The notes under the pieces are model-generated. The model was not told where the DNA came from. It worked only from the letters and a program-made list of their open reading frames with translations, and ran no database searches. Made by a program: the position numbers and the translations under genes. Positions 42,106 to 52,000 of a DNA stretch of 55,415 bases are shown piece after piece (positions within the stretch are counted from its first letter, which is position 1; every line of letters begins with the position of its first letter). This stretch comes from a candidate division WOR-3 bacterium (GTDB lineage Bacteria > Hydrothermota > UBA3072 > B12-G15): NCBI GenBank assembly GCA_965649055.1, contig CBFGJG010000010.1, forward strand, positions 1-55,415, written 5' to 3'.

Positions 42106-45100
42106 ATGAAGCGTTTTCTTTTTGTCATTCTTTTTATTGCGGTGATATCCATTACCGCAAAAGAAATTCCTGAACCTGTTCTAACGTATGGTAAGGTGAA
42201 TATCATTGGTAATGCTAAAGCTGTAGCGCCTGTATTTGATACGAGTCGTATTTTTATTTCAGGTGGTACTACCAGAGAAGTGGCTATAGGAACAAATTTC
42301 AAGGATTGGGCAGATGACACGATAAGGGTAATAGGAATTCAGTCAGGTTCTCCAAGAAACCTTTATATCTGCACGGATACATCCACAACGGTATTTGGTG
42401 ATAACAAGTTCAGGATAGAAACACCTTATTCATTCGTTGCCTCAAGTATGCCTAATGCAGTTGCAATTGGCCAAATTCACATAATGGATTTACCAAGTAT
42501 ATTTGTAGGTCAGTTATACACACCTTATAGTTTCTTCAGATTCCAATGGGACGCAACAATCCCCGGATGGGCATTGAAGGATTCATTCTCGGTTGGAGAC
42601 TCAATAAATGATATTGCAATAGGTCTTATATCAAGTAATGAATACCCTGATATCTTTATCGCAACATCAAGAATTTCACCATCTTCACAGATACTGTGGC
42701 TAAGATGGAATGGAACTATGATGGGATATGATTCATTAAGGATTTATCTTACAGGAACACAAAGGGTGAAAGGGGTTGCGGTTGGAGATGTCCGTCCGGA
42801 TATACCGGGTGATGAAGTCTATGTTGTAGGTGGAACAAACCTTTGGATGGTCTATTATGATGGTCTTTCAGCATCATGGCAGTCTGAACTTATAACAAGT
42901 GGTCTTTCATCCTGCACTGATGTTGCAGTAGGCGATGTAGACCCGACATTACCGGGTAATGAAGTGGTTATTTGTAATTCAAGCTCAAGTTATCAACTTT
43001 CAATTTTATCTTATAGTGGTGGTTTATGGAGTGGGATATTATGGAATATTACAGGTGCAGCAAATGCTACAGAAGTTGCTGTTGGTGATGTTATGTTAGA
43101 TAATCCCGGTAATGAAGTTATAGTTGTTTTTGCATCAACTACCGTTAATCCAAGGCTATTCTGGTATGCACCAAACAGGACAGCTTGGGCAATGTCACTT
43201 CCAAAGAATGTTTCATCCACAACCGATTATGGTATCGCAATTGGTGATGTGAATAAATTCAGAAATGTTAATTATGAATATGTCCTATCAGGTGGTAACG
43301 GATTTTATGAAGGTGAACAGATACTTGTTCCTTTAAATATAGGAACATACTATTACAATATTGACAAACCAATATCAATAAAGAATGTTCCTCAGCAGAT
43401 AAATATGGTTATATTCAATGCTGGAGAGAACCCTGCAACTGGTTTTACATACGGATATTATTTAAAGAATCATCCTTATATAAGCAATACATATATATAT
43501 TCTGGAATTTTAAATCCAAATACCTATGTTAATGTCACAATGGATTTCATTCCTGACTTTGATGGATACGATACTATCTTTGCCTATGTCTTTGACCCTG
43601 CTGACCCAATTCCATTTAACGATACAACGAAACTGCATCTTGAAGTCTGGGATGATTCAACAGTCGCTGCATCTGGATTTAACTCAGCAGTATTCCCACC
43701 TATAAATGGAACAACCTATGATGGAATATTAGGTTCTAATTATAAATGGACAAGGTATATTATAAGTGGCTCTTATAACTGGCTAAGGACAACCGCACCC
43801 ACATATCCATCTGCACCTGTCCTTGAAGGATATGGTGTTGCATCTTACCCATGTTATAATGCTACTTCAGGTTCTTCTGCAAGGCTTCTAACACATAAAT
43901 TCAATATAGGTCCTGTTGCAAGGAAGGTAATCCTTGATTTCTATATGTATCATGATAACGGATATTCGGGAAATCTTGACTCCCTCTATGTTGAATATAG
44001 TTATGATACATTAACATTCAATACACTTACAGGTTTCCAGAGATATTATGGGACGAACGGATGGCAGAAGCATACTGTTGAAATAGGTGATTTTTCAGGT
44101 GGGACTGAAATTTATGTCGGTTTCAGGGCAGTCTCAAAATTTGGTAATAATATCTTTATTGATTCTGTCCGTGTATTCACAACAACACCAACTGCACCTG
44201 CAACAGATGCAGGTATTATTGCTGTGAAACTTCCAAATCCACCATATTTTGTAGGGCAGAGTTATCCTGTAACAGTTACAATAAAGAATTTCGGTCTTGA
44301 CCCATTGACATTCTGCCCTGTTTATTATAATTGGGGTAAGAACATAGGAACACCGGTAGGTGAGATGTGGACAGGTTATCTTCTTGCTAATCAGACTGCT
44401 GATTTTACATTCTCTTTACAGTGGACACCACAGGACCCTGGGATTGATACAATATGGGCATGGACGGACTTGCCAGGTGATATGGTCCCGGCTAACGATA
44501 CATCTTATAAAGAGGTTAATGTCTGTCCTGAATACCATATCCCACCATACTCAGAGAACTTTGAAGGTGATTGGTTAAACTCAACGAAACCACCTTTCTG
44601 TGGATGGACTATTATAGATGGTGGTTCCGAGACACCGAATATTGTGAATAACAATGACTGGCATAAATATTTATTGAGCGCAACATACAGGAATAGCAAT
44701 GTTGCAAGGATATACTGGTCTCCTGTTGAATGGTCTGATGACTGGCTTATTTCACCAAGGTTCAACTGTTCAGCATATGGAACATACACATTGAACTACT
44801 GGCATTATTATAATGATTTTGGTACATCAAACTTGGATTCAGGTAATGTGATGCTTTCAACAGATGGTGGTTTAAACTGGACAAGGATAGCATTATATCA
44901 GAATGCAGATGATTCAGGGTATAAAACAATAGATATAACACCTTATGTTAATGGTGAGCCTTTTGTCAAGATAGGTTTCTGGTATGTTGCAAATAATGAA
45001 TGGTACTGGTATATTGACTCATTCTCAATTGATTTTGTCCCTGACAATGAACCACCTACAATAACATTTGACCAGCAGCCACAGAATACATACAATAATG

Positions 45101-46779
45101 GTCCATATCCGGTAAGGGCAATTATTAGAGATATCTCAAAACCGATTTATGCAACATTGTATTCTATAGTAAATGATGAGCTTGATACAATATACCCAAA
45201 TTCGATAATTGAAGATACATTCACATTCTATATTGATGATGTTTCTCCTGGAACTGTGATTGAATATTCTCTATATGCAGAAGATGCAGCAGGTAATGGC
45301 GTATCCACCAATTCCTACAGGTTCTTTAAGCTCGCACCACTTGGTCAGGATACTATATTTGCAACTGCACTGCCGGATTCAAGTGTATTACTTGAATGGT
45401 TTAATCCTTATGAATTCCTTGCCTATGATGATGGTCCATACATTGCTGGTTCGTTTGGACCAAATTATTATTTTGCCACACAATTCACACCACAGTATTC
45501 ACCGGTAAGGCTGATAGGTTTTGCTTCATATTTCTATACAGATGCACCACCTATTACTGATTCATTAAGGTTTATTGTATGGGATGATAACAATGGAATT
45601 CCTAACATTGAAATATTTGATACCACGATTGTTCCATTGAATTATCCACAACTTACATACGTAGACCTTTCAGAATACAATATTGTTATTCCATCAGGTG
45701 ATTTCCATATAGGCTGGCAGTATTACAATTCAATCTATCCATTTTCAGTTCTGGATGATGGTTCTAACACCACAAGGTCAAAATATAGTGATGGAACAGA
45801 CTGGTGGCCATTAGAATATGATGTATGCACTTATGCCTTTGTTGAATATCTACCACAATCAAAGTCCAATACAAATTCAGTTGTTGCAAATCTTCCAAAA
45901 GGTGAGAAGAGATTCGAGTTTATAAAGATTCCTGACATCTATGCAAGGAATGCAAAAAGACCTGTATTCACACCTAAGAATATCAATCATTATGAAGTAT
46001 TAAGAAGGGATATAATGGGTGGACCATGGATAACAATAGGAACACCGAATACGAATTCCTGGATAGATAGCCCGCTTAATCTTGTGAACCATACAATATA
46101 CCAGTATGCAGTCCGCACTGTCTACACTTCACCTGATAGTGTTTCTGAGATTTCACCATATAGGGAGATGGTAATAGACTGGTCACCACCGCAGTATTCA
46201 AATCTATTCGTTGATAGTGTCCAGAACTATCTCTTACCTTCTATTGAGATATTTGACTTTATCTGGTATCCACCTGAAGAACCACTACTTTTTGATTCAC
46301 TCTTCTACTCAATAAATGATGGACCATTTGTAGGTGTTACACACGATAGTATGACAACTTCTTATCCGTACAGGTTCTATTACACAATTCCATTACAGAC
46401 AAAGGTTCCAACGAATGTCAAATTCTACTTCACATCTGCTGATAAGAGTGAATGGGCAAATACCGGGAGAGACCCAGTATCTGGATACTATGAGACAACT
46501 GTTGGAATAACAGAAATTATTCCTGATAAACTCTTCTTAAAGATTTCAAGCCTTGTATCCGGAAGATTGGATATAGAATTTGGATTACCGAAGGCAACAG
46601 ATGTGAAATTCTCAATATACAACACACTTGGACAGAAGATAACAACGATTGACAAAGGCAAGATGAAGGCAGGATACTACAATGAAAGGATAGAACTGAA
46701 TATACCGAATGGTATATACTTCATAAGGCTTGAAACAGGCGAAGGTAAGATAATAAACAAGTTAATCAAGGTATTCTAA
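42106..46779 (+). CDS. Large secreted multidomain protein (FG-GAP-like propeller, CARDB/Ig-like, cleaved-adhesin-like domains, T9SS-like CTD)
   Basis: GGAGG then MKRFLF signal peptide; repeated VAVGDV..PGNEV; DDWLISP; C-terminal IYNTLGQKI...NGIYFIRL...KLIK. Confidence 0.8.
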   Translation: MKRFLFVILFIAVISITAKEIPEPVLTYGKVNIIGNAKAVAPVFDTSRIFISGGTTREVAIGTNFKDWADDTIRVIGIQSGSPRNLYICTDTSTTVFGDNKFRIETPYSFVASSMPNAVAIGQIHIMDLPSIFVGQLYTPYSFFRFQWDATIPGWALKDSFSVGDSINDIAIGLISSNEYPDIFIATSRISPSSQILWLRWNGTMMGYDSLRIYLTGTQRVKGVAVGDVRPDIPGDEVYVVGGTNLWMVYYDGLSASWQSELITSGLSSCTDVAVGDVDPTLPGNEVVICNSSSSYQLSILSYSGGLWSGILWNITGAANATEVAVGDVMLDNPGNEVIVVFASTTVNPRLFWYAPNRTAWAMSLPKNVSSTTDYGIAIGDVNKFRNVNYEYVLSGGNGFYEGEQILVPLNIGTYYYNIDKPISIKNVPQQINMVIFNAGENPATGFTYGYYLKNHPYISNTYIYSGILNPNTYVNVTMDFIPDFDGYDTIFAYVFDPADPIPFNDTTKLHLEVWDDSTVAASGFNSAVFPPINGTTYDGILGSNYKWTRYIISGSYNWLRTTAPTYPSAPVLEGYGVASYPCYNATSGSSARLLTHKFNIGPVARKVILDFYMYHDNGYSGNLDSLYVEYSYDTLTFNTLTGFQRYYGTNGWQKHTVEIGDFSGGTEIYVGFRAVSKFGNNIFIDSVRVFTTTPTAPATDAGIIAVKLPNPPYFVGQSYPVTVTIKNFGLDPLTFCPVYYNWGKNIGTPVGEMWTGYLLANQTADFTFSLQWTPQDPGIDTIWAWTDLPGDMVPANDTSYKEVNVCPEYHIPPYSENFEGDWLNSTKPPFCGWTIIDGGSETPNIVNNNDWHKYLLSATYRNSNVARIYWSPVEWSDDWLISPRFNCSAYGTYTLNYWHYYNDFGTSNLDSGNVMLSTDGGLNWTRIALYQNADDSGYKTIDITPYVNGEPFVKIGFWYVANNEWYWYIDSFSIDFVPDNEPPTITFDQQPQNTYNNGPYPVRAIIRDISKPIYATLYSIVNDELDTIYPNSIIEDTFTFYIDDVSPGTVIEYSLYAEDAAGNGVSTNSYRFFKLAPLGQDTIFATALPDSSVLLEWFNPYEFLAYDDGPYIAGSFGPNYYFATQFTPQYSPVRLIGFASYFYTDAPPITDSLRFIVWDDNNGIPNIEIFDTTIVPLNYPQLTYVDLSEYNIVIPSGDFHIGWQYYNSIYPFSVLDDGSNTTRSKYSDGTDWWPLEYDVCTYAFVEYLPQSKSNTNSVVANLPKGEKRFEFIKIPDIYARNAKRPVFTPKNINHYEVLRRDIMGGPWITIGTPNTNSWIDSPLNLVNHTIYQYAVRTVYTSPDSVSEISPYREMVIDWSPPQYSNLFVDSVQNYLLPSIEIFDFIWYPPEEPLLFDSLFYSINDGPFVGVTHDSMTTSYPYRFYYTIPLQTKVPTNVKFYFTSADKSEWANTGRDPVSGYYETTVGITEIIPDKLFLKISSLVSGRLDIEFGLPKATDVKFSIYNTLGQKITTIDKGKMKAGYYNERIELNIPNGIYFIRLETGEGKIINKLIKVF

Positions 46780-46808
46780 AAAAGGGGGCTTTAAGCCCCC
46801 TTTTTTTT
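46778..46808 (+). terminator. Rho-independent terminator
   Basis: AAAAAAGGGGGCT-TTA-AGCCCCC-TTTTTTTT right after the stop codon. Confidence 0.9.
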
Positions 46809-46835
46809 GGGGTCAGTCATAAACCTTCAACCTTT
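46808..46835 (-). repeat. 28-bp repeat, left inverted copy
   Basis: TGGGGTCAGTCATAAACCTTCAACCTTT, the exact reverse complement of 47757-47784. Confidence 0.95.
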
Positions 46836-46839
46836 CTCC

Positions 46840-46868
46840 TTGACATTTATAAAATTTTAAAATAATAT
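46840..46868 (+). promoter_or_regulatory. Transposase promoter, probably leaderless
   Basis: TTGACA (46840)-17-TAATAT (46863), ATG at 46874. Confidence 0.6.
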
Positions 46869-46873
46869 TTCTT

Positions 46874-47779
46874 ATGGCAAGAAGCGTAAGAATTGATTTT
46901 GAAGGTGCTATTCATCATGTTATAGTTAAAGGAAATAATGACAGGGCAATATTCCTTGATGAAGATGATAATGCTTCTTTCTTGAAAAAATTATATGAGT
47001 TTTCCCAAAAATATCCTTTTAAGATATATGCATATTGTCTTATGAAAAATCATTTTCATCTTTTAATAGAAACAGGGGAAGAACCATTATATCTTTTTAT
47101 GCAAAGGCTCCTTACAAATTATGTCCAATGGTTTAATAAAAAATACGAACTTAAAGGACACCTTCTTGGTGATAGATACAAGGCAATACTTGTGGATAAA
47201 GAGAATTATTTCCTGACAGTTCTTAGATACATACACTTTAATCCAGTTAAGGCAAATATAGTTGAAAATATAGAAGATTATAAATGGTCAAGTTATAATG
47301 AATATATAAACAAAGAATGGATTGTTTCAAAAGAAGAAGTATTATTACATTTTGATTCATTAAACGAGTTTATAGAATTCCACAAACCAATCATTATAGA
47401 AGAACCAGAATTGAAAAAGGTCAAAAATATCCTATTTTATGGAGAAGATTCTTTTATACAAAATATTCTTGCGAAGAAAGGCAAAGATGAAAGAAAAGAA
47501 AAAAGAAAAGTGAAGATTGAATTTTATCATCTTGAGAAATTCTTGGAAGAAACATTCAATGTGAATTTAGATAATTTAAAAAAACATCAAAAAGGATTCG
47601 CAAAACAATATGCAATACTTATCCTGAGGGAAAGACTCCATCAAACATGGGAGGAAATTGCAAAATATTGGGATGTGACTCCACAGGCAACAAAAAAAAT
47701 CTTTGATAAAATTTTGAATAAAGAAGAAAGATTAAAGAAATTTGATGATTGGGTAAAAAGGTTGAAGGTTTATGACTGA
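46874..47779 (+). CDS. REP-associated-type tyrosine (HUH, Y1) transposase with C-terminal HTH-like extension
   Basis: YAYCLMKNHFHLL (HUH), GHL..RYK, RYIHFNPVKA (catalytic Tyr), YKWSSY; C-terminal TWEEIAKYW helix; last codons lie in the repeat. Confidence 0.92.
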   Translation: MARSVRIDFEGAIHHVIVKGNNDRAIFLDEDDNASFLKKLYEFSQKYPFKIYAYCLMKNHFHLLIETGEEPLYLFMQRLLTNYVQWFNKKYELKGHLLGDRYKAILVDKENYFLTVLRYIHFNPVKANIVENIEDYKWSSYNEYINKEWIVSKEEVLLHFDSLNEFIEFHKPIIIEEPELKKVKNILFYGEDSFIQNILAKKGKDERKEKRKVKIEFYHLEKFLEETFNVNLDNLKKHQKGFAKQYAILILRERLHQTWEEIAKYWDVTPQATKKIFDKILNKEERLKKFDDWVKRLKVYD

Positions 47780-47784
47780 CCCCA
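47757..47784 (+). repeat. 28-bp repeat, right inverted copy; contains the transposase stop and the yggS start
   Basis: AAAGGTTGAAGGTTTATGACTGACCCCA. Confidence 0.95.
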
Positions 47785-48395
47785 TTGTTGTGGCAGCAAC
47801 GAAGTATTTTAAGAAAGAAGAAGTTTTGAAGATTATTGATGGAGGTATCATACATATCGGAGAAAATTATGTGAAGGATTTTTTAGAGAAATATTATTAT
47901 GTTACGGGGAAGACAGATAAAAAAATCTACTGGCATATTATAGGACATTTACAGAAAAATAAAGTGAAAAAAATTATAGATATAGTTGACTTTATTCAGA
48001 CACTTGATTCTATTGAACTTGCTGAAGAGATAAACAAAAGGGCAAAAAAGAAAATATCGTGCTTTATAGAGATAAATAGTGCTAAAGAAGAACAAAAAAC
48101 AGGGATATTCCCCGAAGATGTCTTTAATTTCGTTGACGAGATAAAAAAATTTGAGAATATAAAGATAGAAGGTGTTATGACCATGGGACCAAATGTTGAA
48201 AATATAGAAGATATAAGACCATACTTTAAACTTACAAAGGAGATTTTTGAAAAATTAAAAGAAGACAAAGATATTGGTAAAGATATTAAATATCTTTCAA
48301 TGGGAATGTCAGATTCTTATAAAATTGCTATAGAAGAAGGTGCAAATATGATTAGAATCGGAAGAAAAATCTTTGATTTCCTAAAGAAAGGTTGA
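47772..48395 (+). CDS. yggS: YggS/PLPBP pyridoxal-phosphate homeostasis protein, N-terminally shortened
   Basis: AATK (PLP Lys), GENY, WHIIGHLQKNK, LSMGMSDSY, EGANMIRIG; in-frame stop at 47763 precludes a longer N-terminus. Confidence 0.92.
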   Translation: MTDPIVVAATKYFKKEEVLKIIDGGIIHIGENYVKDFLEKYYYVTGKTDKKIYWHIIGHLQKNKVKKIIDIVDFIQTLDSIELAEEINKRAKKKISCFIEINSAKEEQKTGIFPEDVFNFVDEIKKFENIKIEGVMTMGPNVENIEDIRPYFKLTKEIFEKLKEDKDIGKDIKYLSMGMSDSYKIAIEEGANMIRIGRKIFDFLKKG

Positions 48396-48415
48396 AAGTT
48401 TATGACTGACCCCAA
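48385..48415 (+). repeat. Repeat copy containing the yggS stop codon
   Basis: AGAAAGGTTGAAAGTTTATGACTGACCCCAA; 30/31 match to the reverse complement of 46807-46837. Confidence 0.95.
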
Positions 48416-48536
48416 GGTGTGCAAAATTTTCATAGTTTGCAAAAATTTCACAGTCTTTAAAAATTAAGTCTTTGAAAATGAATATAAAAATTTGGGAACA
48501 AAATTTTTATATATATATTAAAAAAGGGAGGTATTT

Positions 48537-49052
48537 ATGGTGCTTTTACTTTTTTGTGTAAATGTTTTAAATGATGTGTTACCTATGGAAAAGGTCCCTT
48601 TAAATGACTATGTTATACCTTTCAGGCTTCCTGAAGAACTTACAAAGGGTTATACAATTCCTAAACTGATAACCGATTATGGAATGTTTTATAAGGAAGA
48701 TATTGTTAGTTTTCTGAAGGTTGAAGATAATCTACCTGTTGTTTCAGGAAAATCAATCGGACAGGTCCTTACATTGAGATCAGGTGAGCATGATGTTGAT
48801 ATTAAAGATGAAGTTGAAAGATGTTATCTTGAAGCGATTATATTTAAAAACACACTGCCATTTATACAGGAACTACAGGAATTATCCAAAAATACAGTGG
48901 ATAAAACGGATATTGAATCACACAAGGAACTGGAAAGGAGAAAATTTGAAGGAAAGACGAAGATAATGATGAAGAGAAATGAAGAATTGACAAGGATTAA
49001 GAGTGAGGCGAAGGAAAGGAAGGAAAAAAGGATTAAAGAGGAAGGGAGGTAA
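48537..49052 (+). CDS. Hypothetical protein
   Basis: GGGAGGT SD, short hydrophobic N-terminus, charged helical C-terminus; 2 nt upstream of the S8 protease gene. Confidence 0.6.
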   Translation: MVLLLFCVNVLNDVLPMEKVPLNDYVIPFRLPEELTKGYTIPKLITDYGMFYKEDIVSFLKVEDNLPVVSGKSIGQVLTLRSGEHDVDIKDEVERCYLEAIIFKNTLPFIQELQELSKNTVDKTDIESHKELERRKFEGKTKIMMKRNEELTRIKSEAKERKEKRIKEEGR

Positions 49053-49054
49053 AG

Positions 49055-52000
49055 ATGGCTTATTTATTCTTAATTCTTTCTATAATAAATCCAAAATTAC
49101 AGGCGAAACTTGATAAAATGAAGTCAGATGATGTTATAAATATAGTTATCCAGCTTCCTTCTGCTGATTATAATTATGCCTGGAAACTGAAATCAGAAGG
49201 CTATGACCCATTTGCCTACTTAAAAGAGTTCTGTTATTCAACACAGCAACCGTTTGTTGATTTCCTTATTAAAAATGGTATTAAAAAAGATGATATTATA
49301 CAGCTTTATATTGCAAACAAGATAGGTGTTCATAATGTTCCTAAAGGACTTGTATTAAGTCTTGAGAATGAGCTCGGGAAAAATACAGTTGATATTAGGG
49401 AAGATGAAGTTGTTGCACAAATTCCACCAAATGAGACATATGTTCCTTTAAGTAATTTCTTCCCAGGTGAAGATTATGTTTCTCCATCACAGGAAAATAT
49501 AAAGACACCGCATCTCTGGGCAAAAGGATATAAGGGAAATGGAATAGTGATTGCAATTATGGATACAGGTGCTGATATATTGAATTGCCCGCAGATAAGG
49601 CACAGATGGAGGAAGCAATCTGGATGGTATTATGCAGCGAATCCTACTGGTATTACAACACCACAGGATACTTTTTCAAACTCAGGATACCATGGAACTG
49701 CATGTTCTGGATTGGCAGTTGGTGAACATGGAATAGGTGGAGCACCTGGTGCTACTTTAATTGTCTGTGGAATTATGGATGCTACAGAGGCACAGATGAG
49801 TTTGGCATATCAAAGGCTTATTAATTATGATACTTTAAGGCCACATATAACATCAAACTCCTGGGGTTTTACATCTACACTTGTTACTTCTTTCTGGGAT
49901 GAAATGCAATCCCAGATGCTTGCAAATATAATAACAGTGGCAGCAGTTGGTAATAGTGGGCCGAGTGCATCTACGGTCACACCTCCTGGAAGTTACCCTA
50001 TGGTGATTGGTGTTGGTGCAACATACTGGGATGAGGAATGGGTAACTGAATATTCTTCAAGGGGTCCTGCACCTAACCAAGCCCCTTGGACCGATACACA
50101 ATGGTGGCCAAGGTCTGATTGGGATAGACATAAACCTGATATTATTGCACCAGCTGAGCCTACAATTACGATAATGGCAGGTGGGAACTGGCAAACATTC
50201 TCAGGAACATCTGCTGCAACACCACATGTCGCAGGTGCACTTGCTTTGATACTTCAGGCAAACACATTTGGAGAATATCAGGATACTGCAAGATTAAGAA
50301 GGATATATAGGTTAATCACAGATTATGCATATCTACAGGGCGCTATAACAACATGGCCAAATGACTCATTTGGATGGGGAAGGATAGATGTTGAAAAAAT
50401 ACTTAATAATCTACCTGAACCAAAGGTTCCACATATATTTATATCCAATGTTCGTGTGAAAGACCATAATAATAACACATTATCATCGGGTGAAGTTGAT
50501 ACACTTTATATAACATTAAAGAATACCGGTGCTAATGCGACGAATGTGGTTGCTGAAATTGTTTATAAAGACCCATCAGGTATAAATATTAATGATGGTT
50601 CAAGTTCTTATGGAACTTTGAACAGGTTTGAAGAGAAAGAGAATTCATCTTCTGATAGATTCCTGGTAACTATGCCTGTAATGGGTGATACTGTCTGGAC
50701 ATACTGGACATTGAGGATAAGGTTCCAGTATACAATTGATGGTGTAACAAAGACAGATACAATCTGGGATTGTTTCCACCTTGTGAGTGATTTTACTAAT
50801 AAACCAACATACAGGGATACATTAAGAAATGATGATGGAACAGCTACTACTTATTACTCAGCTGCATATTGTGCCGCTCAGTTCTCTACGCCATCCTATG
50901 ATACTATTATTGCTGTAAAATATCTTTTATATCAGGGTGCTGGGACTGTTTGCACATTGATGGTCTGGAATGATAATAATGGTTTACCACAAGACCCACC
51001 TGTGTATACTCAGGCTTTTACAGCTGACTCTGTTTACACAAACTGGAAGACTGTCTGGTTAACTACAAAACCTGTGATGAGTGGCAATTACTGGGTAGGT
51101 GTCTGGACACCACAAGGTGCGGCAACATATCCTTTATCTGATAATGGTGCATCTGGTGTTATGGCTTTTAAAAATCAGGGTGGTAGTTGGAGTATAAATA
51201 CTACTGGTGATTTCATGTTTAGACCTTATGTTGGAAGGAATCCAGTTTCGACTCCTTTAATAAGGTCTTTATCATATAATATAAACGATAAAGAATTTGG
51301 GAATGATAATGGTATTATTGAACCTTCTGAAAGGGTTGGACTTTACATATCTTTGAAGAATCTTGGCGTTAATGCTATTCAATGCACATTATGGCTTGTA
51401 AGAGCGGATGCCTATACACAGTTAAGGGTTACACCCATTGATACAATATCATATATAAAAGAGATAAATAACGGGATAGATGTTGCGAATAACTATAATG
51501 ACCCCTGGATTATTCAATTCTGGGATAATGATTCATTACAGAGTAGGAATTTAAATTTTAAGGTAAAAATTAAAGGAAGATATGGAACAGGTTCAACATA
51601 CACAGATTCATTCAATATTGCAGTAAGGGAGCCTTTTGTTCCAACATGGGGCGATACATTTCTTTACAGATTTGGCTCAAGTCCAAGTGGATATTTATTT
51701 ATAGGTTCTGGAAATTCTGGAACAACTACATATTGGGCAACCAGGTTCTATTTTGGGAACTCAAGGTATGACTCATTTTATATTGATTCTGCATATATTC
51801 GTGCATACAATGATGGAAGTACAGCAAGAACAATGTATTTTTATCTCTGGCGCGATAGTGTCGCAACAGGTTTTCCCGGTGATACATTTTGCCGTGCTTC
51901 ACTATCGGTTAATGGAAATACTTCAAGTTTATGGAGGCTACTACCAAGGGTTCGCTATCTCCCGGGTTATGTCTGGTATGGACAGAATTGTATAATTGCT

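Larger units (their letters stand above)
46808..47784 (+). mobile_element. Inverted-repeat-flanked HUH/Y1 (RAYT-like) transposase element
   Basis: Perfect 28-bp inverted repeats at 46808-46835 and 47757-47784 bracketing the transposase and its promoter; no target-site duplication visible. Confidence 0.8.

Noticed and set aside
46808..48415. Interpretation as a CRISPR array or a Tn3-family transposon (GGGG ends)
   Set aside because: Repeats are separated by whole genes, not 30-40 bp spacers; no cas genes; the enzyme is an HUH/Y1 protein, not a DDE transposase; no 5-bp target duplication
48402..48467. 21-codon ORF starting at the ATG in the last repeat copy (MTDPKVCK...)
   Set aside because: Runs through probable regulatory DNA; no coding evidence
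48491..48510. Possible sigma54 -24/-12 promoter (TTGGGAACAAAATTTT)
   Set aside because: The conserved GC at -12 is missing
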